Virus record (IMG/VR): IMGVR_UViG_3300037044_000229
Coordinates: 1 to 30,429 of that record
Strand: one strand, 5' to 3'
DNA length: 30,429 nt
Origin: a virus
Taxonomy: Duplodnaviria > Caudoviricetes
Position 1 is the stretch's first letter, and every line of letters starts with the position of its first letter. The translations under genes and the position numbers were made by a program. The notes below the pieces were generated by a model. The model had not been told where the DNA came from, searched no databases, and was given only the letters and a program-made list of their open reading frames with translations. Below, in pieces: positions 25,463-30,429 of the stretch.

Positions 25463-26193
25463 TAGAAGGGTAGATTCTCAGGTTGCGTCCAGGTCGGCAC
25501 AGGCTCAGGCCCACCCACCGGAGCAACGGGCGGGGGCGTCCAGGACGGGGTTGTCGGTGGAACAACTGCCGGTGTTACGGGTGCAGCAATAGCGGGAGCG
25601 GCTGAATTCGGAACCGATCCGGCCGGCGGCGCCCATGTGGGTGTCGCGGTGGCTGCGGGTGTGTTAGTCGGGGCTGTGCTGCCTGCTGCTACCGGACCGG
25701 TGGCCTTGTAAATAGCGAACTCTTTCATGTCCAGGGTGATGACGGTTTTGATTTTATTTTTGTCGTCATAACCGTCTTTTCCCTTTTCGATACCGATTTT
25801 GGCCAGGAACTGTAGGCCCTGAAGTTCGGCCCAGTCGTTAACGACGCGTTTGGCGTCCGCGGCCGGCGAGGGATCTCGGGGGTCTATACCCCGGGCGCTT
25901 TCCAGGATTGCCCGTAAGGTGGCGTGTCCACCCTGGACCCATCCCCTCACGCCATCGGGAGCATCGTCTGTGGCATAGACGGGAAACATGGCAAAAACCT
26001 TGCGCTTGGCATACGGTCCTTCAACCACGGTCAGTTCAGTTTTCAGGTAGTACCCGGTTTTGGCGTCGGTAACGGTCCACCAGCCGCCCTCGCCTGTGCC
26101 GCCCGGGTCAATTTTCATGGACAATAAAGCAATGACTCCGTTTGGAATCAGATCGGATTTTTGTGGGCCTGCGCCCGCGAATGACATTCCCAT
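25462..26193 (-). CDS. Putative single-stranded DNA-binding protein (DUF669-like) with Pro/Ala-rich tail
   Basis: Between AAA_24 and helicase; ELTVVEGPYAKRKVF; tail ending LPF; AGGAG SD before ATG 26193. Confidence 0.7.
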   Translation of the reverse strand: MGMSFAGAGPQKSDLIPNGVIALLSMKIDPGGTGEGGWWTVTDAKTGYYLKTELTVVEGPYAKRKVFAMFPVYATDDAPDGVRGWVQGGHATLRAILESARGIDPRDPSPAADAKRVVNDWAELQGLQFLAKIGIEKGKDGYDDKNKIKTVITLDMKEFAIYKATGPVAAGSTAPTNTPAATATPTWAPPAGSVPNSAAPAIAAPVTPAVVPPTTPSWTPPPVAPVGGPEPVPTWTQPENLPF

Positions 26194-26197
26194 AAAA

Positions 26198-27073
26198 CTA
26201 CTCCTGAATGGTTGGTTGGGGGTTAGGGGTTGATTCGGCCGGCGCCGCCGCCGGTAATGTGAATACGTTTTCAACTATCGGCCGTGGGCCGATGATTTTG
26301 TCCATCAAAGCGCCCAAGTGCGGACGTTCTAGCATGTCCAGTCGGGTGGAACGGTCCTTGGCGGGATAGCCCCAAGGGTTGACTTTGTGGCAAACAAACG
26401 CCCGGTACGGCTGGCCGTCGTCTGTTTTGAGTTGGACCATTGAAATGATCTCGTCAAAAATGCCGGGCAGTTCCAAGGCGGCCTTGGCTCCATCAATTTG
26501 GAGTGAATAGGTTGGCCGGTTAAAATCGTCGGGCTTTTCATCCAAGCCACCAACCAACCAAACATGCTTATTGGTGTGCTGAATTTCCGTGAACCAGTCG
26601 ATCAGTTCTCGACCAAGTAATCCATACAGGCCCCGATTGTCGGGCTTGCCGCTTTTCTCGCTGAACGCCTTGGGCTGCCCACCGCACCATTGCAGGCATA
26701 ACCGAGCAGCAACACTGATTGAATCCCAAAAATAGATACTGTATTTGTCCAGGAATTTCGGGTCAGTCTGTGAACAACAATAGTCATAATGTGCCTGCGA
26801 ATATGGTTGGTCCGAACGTAAGGCCGGGTTGGGGCCACGAGTCAGGCAGGCGAGTTCTCTCGCCTGATCCCAGGTTTGGATATTAATTGAGTCTACCGGG
26901 AAGTCCTGGACCGCCAAATCGCCGGCTTCCAAGTTCAGAAACAGCGTCTTGGCCGGATCCAGTGTTTTGAGTAAGGTGGTCTTGCCAATCCCATGAGGGC
27001 CGGCGATAACGCCCTTGACATACCGGGTTTCGGCCATTCTCTCATCGGCGGTAATGATCCTAAATCCGGTCAT
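26198..27073 (-). CDS. AAA_24 (Sak4-like) ATPase/recombinase
   Basis: GPHGIGKT, LEAGDL, FWDSIS, AKDRS motifs. Confidence 0.85.
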   Translation of the reverse strand: MTGFRIITADERMAETRYVKGVIAGPHGIGKTTLLKTLDPAKTLFLNLEAGDLAVQDFPVDSINIQTWDQARELACLTRGPNPALRSDQPYSQAHYDYCCSQTDPKFLDKYSIYFWDSISVAARLCLQWCGGQPKAFSEKSGKPDNRGLYGLLGRELIDWFTEIQHTNKHVWLVGGLDEKPDDFNRPTYSLQIDGAKAALELPGIFDEIISMVQLKTDDGQPYRAFVCHKVNPWGYPAKDRSTRLDMLERPHLGALMDKIIGPRPIVENVFTLPAAAPAESTPNPQPTIQE

Positions 27074-27501
27074 GCGGTGGTTTCCGTCCTTTCAGTGAAC
27101 TCGTATTTGGTTTTGCCAGGGTTGACAGTTCGGGCCGGTGCGAAATGCGCCTTGATGCTTTTCGGCCAGGCTTTATAGGCGGCTTCACTGATCTCGAATT
27201 TTCTCTTGAGATAGTCACGCGGGTCTTCGGCGCTGGCGGCGATGGTGTCCCAGGCCGTTTCAAGTGCCTCTTGGTCCCAGTCCACGTTTTTGCCCGTCAC
27301 AGCCTTGACATCAAAACCTTCCATCTCAAAATGCACCGTTCCGGTGTCCTGTTTTTTTGCCAACATGGCCCGACGCCGGGTATCACCGACAATTTTTTCA
27401 ATTTCGTCGTCGATTTCGGCAATGTTGTTTTTCGCTTCGGTCAACGCTTGGGCGTTGGCGGCTTTTCTCTCCAATAAGTATTTAAGGGTGTAGCTGGTCA
27501 T
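27070..27501 (-). CDS. Conserved phage protein of the recombination module
   Basis: KNVDWDQEAL...ISEAAYKAWP...FAPARTV; GGAG SD; ATGA overlaps. Confidence 0.75.
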   Translation of the reverse strand: MTSYTLKYLLERKAANAQALTEAKNNIAEIDDEIEKIVGDTRRRAMLAKKQDTGTVHFEMEGFDVKAVTGKNVDWDQEALETAWDTIAASAEDPRDYLKRKFEISEAAYKAWPKSIKAHFAPARTVNPGKTKYEFTERTETTA

Positions 27502-27635
27502 TGGTTCTCCAAAACGTGCCGGGCCAGGTCTTCTACCCAATCGGCATCCGCCTTGGTCGTCTCGCCGGATTCAATCCGTTGCAAAACGTCCGGGAGTTGG
27601 AGTTTGAAGACTGCTTTTTCTTCAGGTGACATCAT
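27498..27635 (-). CDS. Small hypothetical protein (MMSPEEKAVF..., 45 aa)
   Basis: Read by hand; GGAG SD; ATGA overlap downstream. Confidence 0.65.
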   Translation of the reverse strand: MMSPEEKAVFKLQLPDVLQRIESGETTKADADWVEDLARHVLENQ

Positions 27636-27708
27636 TTCTCCGTGGTTGGTTGGGGGTTTTAAGGGCAAATACTGCCGTTGGCGAGTTGCGTCTTATACCT
27701 TCCCCTGG

Positions 27709-27867
27709 TTAGAATGGGTTGCTGACAATCCGGCCGGCCAAGAACACAATCGCGGCCAGAACAATCAGGTTTACAGCCAGAGCTTTGATCCTGAACCGTG
27801 TGGACGGTTGGGCCTTGGTCAACAATCCGATGCGGCCCAATAGCTTCCAATTCAACTGAGTTTCCAT
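27709..27867 (-). CDS. Small membrane protein (METQLNWK..., 52 aa)
   Basis: Read by hand; GAAAGGA SD; C-terminal hydrophobic helix ALAVNLIVLAAIVFLAG. Confidence 0.6.
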   Translation of the reverse strand: METQLNWKLLGRIGLLTKAQPSTRFRIKALAVNLIVLAAIVFLAGRIVSNPF

Positions 27868-27999
27868 AGGTTCCTTTCTGTGATGGAAATTGACATGTCA
27901 GGCTTGACCGTGTGGACTCTTCAAGAGGCATTTTCGATTGTGACTCTTCGGCCAAACACTTGTCGGCGAGACACATTATGTAGCCAGCCGTTACCATAT

Positions 28000-28239
28000 T
28001 TACGCACCAACGCTTTTTTGAGGCTCAGGCCGGGGTTTGGCTTGTGCGGCGGCCGCAATGGCCGCCGCTATATCAACCGCGGTTCCCTCCAGCATTATTT
28101 CCTTCGGGATTCCCGTAGTTTGCTCGATATGCTTCGCTGTATCGTATGAACAGTGCCTCACGCCTTTACAAAGCTGATGGATGTATTGCGGCGTGAGCCC
28201 AGTTTTCCGGGCAATTTTAGATTTAGCTCCGTGTTTCAT
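28000..28239 (-). CDS. Cro-like HTH protein
   Basis: KSKIARKTGLTPQYIHQLCKG HTH; divergent from the repressor. Confidence 0.85.
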   Translation of the reverse strand: MKHGAKSKIARKTGLTPQYIHQLCKGVRHCSYDTAKHIEQTTGIPKEIMLEGTAVDIAAAIAAAAQAKPRPEPQKSVGA

Positions 28240-28248
28240 TTGAGGGCC

Positions 28249-28340
28249 ACTTTAAGCAAATAGCTTCATATCGGTCAAGTTTTTTTTACTGATATCCAGC
28301 TTAGATGTTGCTTTTATTAAGCTGATAGCTTAATATCGAT
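28249..28340. promoter_or_regulatory. Leftward lytic promoter (TTGACC-N18-TAAAGT) with AAGC-N5-GCTT operators
   Basis: Operator cores 28254-28266 and 28319-28331 within 22-bp imperfect direct repeats. Confidence 0.65.
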
Positions 28341-28432
28341 CCGTGGTAAATAATTGATATGCAGAGTGGTAATTATAGATATAAAAAGATTACGATTAGT
28401 TAGGCAAAAATAAACTGTGGGGTGAATAGACC

Positions 28433-29158
28433 ATGACCGAAAGCCAACAACGTGATCCGTTTCAAGTTGCTCTCAATTATTTGTTAAACCAGATGTCTTA
28501 CGGGGGACAAGGGGGGATCGCCGAAAAAGCCGGCATAGATCCGCAATATCTATCACAACTTAAAACTGGAGCGAGACGCGGAGCTGAACCCACACGCCGG
28601 GCTGTTGCCCTGGCGCTCGGGTATCAATATGAAGCGTTTCTCTCTGTTGGTCAGGCAATCATTGAGGGCAAAAAGCCTGATGATGGGGGGCAAGTTGTTT
28701 TGGAGTCTTACGTTCCTATCCGGGAATCAGCCGTTGGATTTATCCCTCAAGGCGGGGCTGAATTTGCAACTGGTCATGATGACTGCGAATATGCGTTCAG
28801 GTCGGATTGGCTACAGAAATACGGCGGACCCGAAAACAAAATATTGATCCGAGTCATTGGCGATGCCATGGACCCGACCCTTAAACCAGGTGACATGGTG
28901 CTTTGTGACAAAGGAGTCACGCATCTGATTGCCGGACAACTGTATCTTATTCGCTTGGGTGATACAGCGGTAATGCGCCGGGTTGATTTCTCACCCGACC
29001 GCGCCGGAATCGTTCTACGGTCTGACAATCCAAACAAACATATTTTTCCTGACATAACCATTCCGTTTGAGCCGCGAGACATGGCCAGTCCGCTTATTGG
29101 GCTCCTGGTTTGGGTAGGCCGGGAACTCGTGTCATCCGAATATTACAAGAGGAAATAG
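28433..29158 (+). CDS. CI-like repressor (HTH + S24 domain with substituted catalytic residues)
   Basis: QGGIAEKAGIDPQYLSQLKTG HTH; VIGDAMDPTLKPGD, VMRR and LRSDNP in the S24 domain. Confidence 0.88.
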   Translation: MTESQQRDPFQVALNYLLNQMSYGGQGGIAEKAGIDPQYLSQLKTGARRGAEPTRRAVALALGYQYEAFLSVGQAIIEGKKPDDGGQVVLESYVPIRESAVGFIPQGGAEFATGHDDCEYAFRSDWLQKYGGPENKILIRVIGDAMDPTLKPGDMVLCDKGVTHLIAGQLYLIRLGDTAVMRRVDFSPDRAGIVLRSDNPNKHIFPDITIPFEPRDMASPLIGLLVWVGRELVSSEYYKRK

Positions 29159-29159
29159 C

Positions 29160-29188
29160 TTGACTCCTGGTAGCGGACAGCTTATTTT
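29160..29188 (+). promoter_or_regulatory. xis-int promoter TTGACT-N17-TATTTT with operator-like TAGC-N5-GCTT in the spacer
   Basis: Sequence TTGACTcctggtagcggacagctTATTTT. Confidence 0.55.
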
Positions 29189-29234
29189 TTAGACACCAGC
29201 GTTTTTTTGAGGTTCAGACCTTGAATATTAAGGA

Positions 29235-29546
29235 ATGAACCTAATGGACCATCTTATAATCCTGTCTGTTGCCGAAGTCTCAGCTATCATGAAGAAAAGC
29301 CAAAAATGGGTTTACAACCATGCCGGGGAGCTTGGCGCTTCCAGGGTGGGTGGCTCTTGGATCTTCACACAGGAGGGTTTGATAGATGCCTTGGAAAGAG
29401 GGAAAAGGGTGGAGGGGTGCCTACCGGGATCCGGCAACCGGCAAGCAAATTCGGCGGATGTTCGACACAAAAAAAGAAGCCGTAAAATGGGAGCGGGACA
29501 TGGCCACCGTGAAGTTGACCCCGATCCCGGTCGGCATGGACTTTAA
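29235..29546 (+). CDS. xis: Excisionase-like HTH protein
   Basis: LSVAEVSAIMKKSQKWVY...RVGGSWIF winged HTH; AAGGA SD; directly upstream of int. Confidence 0.75.
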   Translation: MNLMDHLIILSVAEVSAIMKKSQKWVYNHAGELGASRVGGSWIFTQEGLIDALERGKRVEGCLPGSGNRQANSADVRHKKRSRKMGAGHGHREVDPDPGRHGL

Positions 29547-30429
29547 GGAGTTCACTAATAAATACCTTGACTTCGTGGCCGTCAGATATATCCCAAAAAC
29601 CTATAAGGAAAAGAAGCTGGAAGCCAAAATGTTGCTTGGCTTCATCGGCCAAGATGACATCCTCACCGAAAAGATTACCACTGAATTAATCTCTGATTAT
29701 TTATTGTTCCGGGCCTCTGCCGTTTCTAACCATGCTTCCAATCGCAGTCGAAAAAACTTGCTGGCCCAATGGAATTGGGGTCAAAAGGTTTTGGACCTGC
29801 CCAGTAACCCAGTGGCCAGGCTTGGCCGGTTGCCTCATACCACGGCCAATCAATACACTCCACCGGAACACGACGTTTTAAAGGTGCTGGCCGCTACCAC
29901 CGGGCAGGATCGCATTATAATAGAATTGTATTTACAGACCGCAGCCAGACGTGCCGAAATATTCAACCTGAAATGGGATGATGTTAACCTGGAAAGGCGT
30001 ACTGTCACGCTCAAAACCCGGAAGTCAAGGGATGGATCCTGGAAGCCCCGCACAGTGGCTATCACTCAACGCATGGCCGATAGCCTAAAAAAAATATGGG
30101 ACACCAGGAAATTCCCTGATGTCCCCAATGTTTTTGTCGATTTGCGTGAAGGACCGCATTATGGACAACCCTACAGTGTCCGGAGATTAATGCTTAAAAT
30201 TCTTTGCAACAAGGTCAAAGTGAAGCCATTCGGTTTTCACGCACTGAGACGGTTCGTGGCCACCACCCTGAACGACAATCCCAAGATCAGGACCAAATTC
30301 ATTCAGGAGCTTTTGGGGCACTCCAGCCAGTCCACCACGGAACGTTATCTGGCCAACATAGTGTCGGACGGACACGCCGGCGCTGAGATCATGGATGAGG
30401 TGATTTTGGGGCTCTCCAATATCACGTAA
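29386..30429 (+). CDS. int: Tyrosine recombinase (phage integrase)
   Basis: TAARRAEI, HALRR, LGHS, TERY catalytic motifs; N-terminal arm-binding domain. Confidence 0.95.
   Translation: MPWKEGKGWRGAYRDPATGKQIRRMFDTKKEAVKWERDMATVKLTPIPVGMDFKEFTNKYLDFVAVRYIPKTYKEKKLEAKMLLGFIGQDDILTEKITTELISDYLLFRASAVSNHASNRSRKNLLAQWNWGQKVLDLPSNPVARLGRLPHTTANQYTPPEHDVLKVLAATTGQDRIIIELYLQTAARRAEIFNLKWDDVNLERRTVTLKTRKSRDGSWKPRTVAITQRMADSLKKIWDTRKFPDVPNVFVDLREGPHYGQPYSVRRLMLKILCNKVKVKPFGFHALRRFVATTLNDNPKIRTKFIQELLGHSSQSTTERYLANIVSDGHAGAEIMDEVILGLSNIT

Larger units (their letters stand above)
1..30429. mobile_element. Temperate phage/prophage (head, packaging, early cassette, replication, lysogeny modules)
   Basis: Capsid, portal, terminases, primase-helicase, divergent cro/cI and integrase in a coherent phage gene order; att sites not visible. 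Confidence 0.95.

Noticed and set aside
26548-26560. Extra CACCAACCAACCA resembling the C/A motif
   Set aside because: Antisense and internal to the AAA_24 gene, explained by the codons for VWLVG; no SD follows
27659-27997. 112-aa minus-strand ORF after cro (possible CII)
   Set aside because: No HTH or plausible composition; an overlapping frame (27709..27867) has a better SD and a membrane helix
1-30429. TAG stop-codon reassignment, suggested by the release-factor gene and an amber-interrupted ORF
   Set aside because: Long genes are intact in the standard code and several end at TAG directly before the next gene or a terminator (214, 13611, 26198, 29158)

Overview
This window is most of a temperate tailed-phage genome or prophage, ending exactly at its integrase; no tail or lysis genes are visible. 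Minus strand 1-10253: head and packaging module (N4-gp56-type major capsid protein, scaffold, P22-type portal, terminase large and small subunits), with a small accessory insert that includes a DHH phosphoesterase. Plus strand 10400-17171: an oppositely oriented cassette of small, mostly unknown early-type genes, including a MoxR/CbbQ-type AAA ATPase with a VWA-like partner, driven by a near-consensus sigma70 promoter. Minus strand 17311-28239: nucleotide, recombination and replication genes (DUF5664 diphosphohydrolase, RuvC-like resolvase, GGQ release-factor-like protein, iteron-rich origin, primase-helicase, Cas4-like nuclease, SF2 helicase, SSB-like protein, AAA_24 ATPase, Cro). Plus strand 28433-30429: CI-like repressor, xis and tyrosine integrase. 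The most unusual signals are: (1) a boxA-containing, roughly 320-nt highly structured leader RNA at the head of the early cassette; (2) a motif with consensus ACCCCCAACCAACCA just upstream of six ribosome-binding sites on both strands; (3) an XerCD dif-like site at the terS stop codon, next to a G-tract region that may be the packaging site; (4) a CI repressor whose Ser-Lys autocleavage dyad is substituted. All protein calls come from motif recognition by eye; no searches were run.
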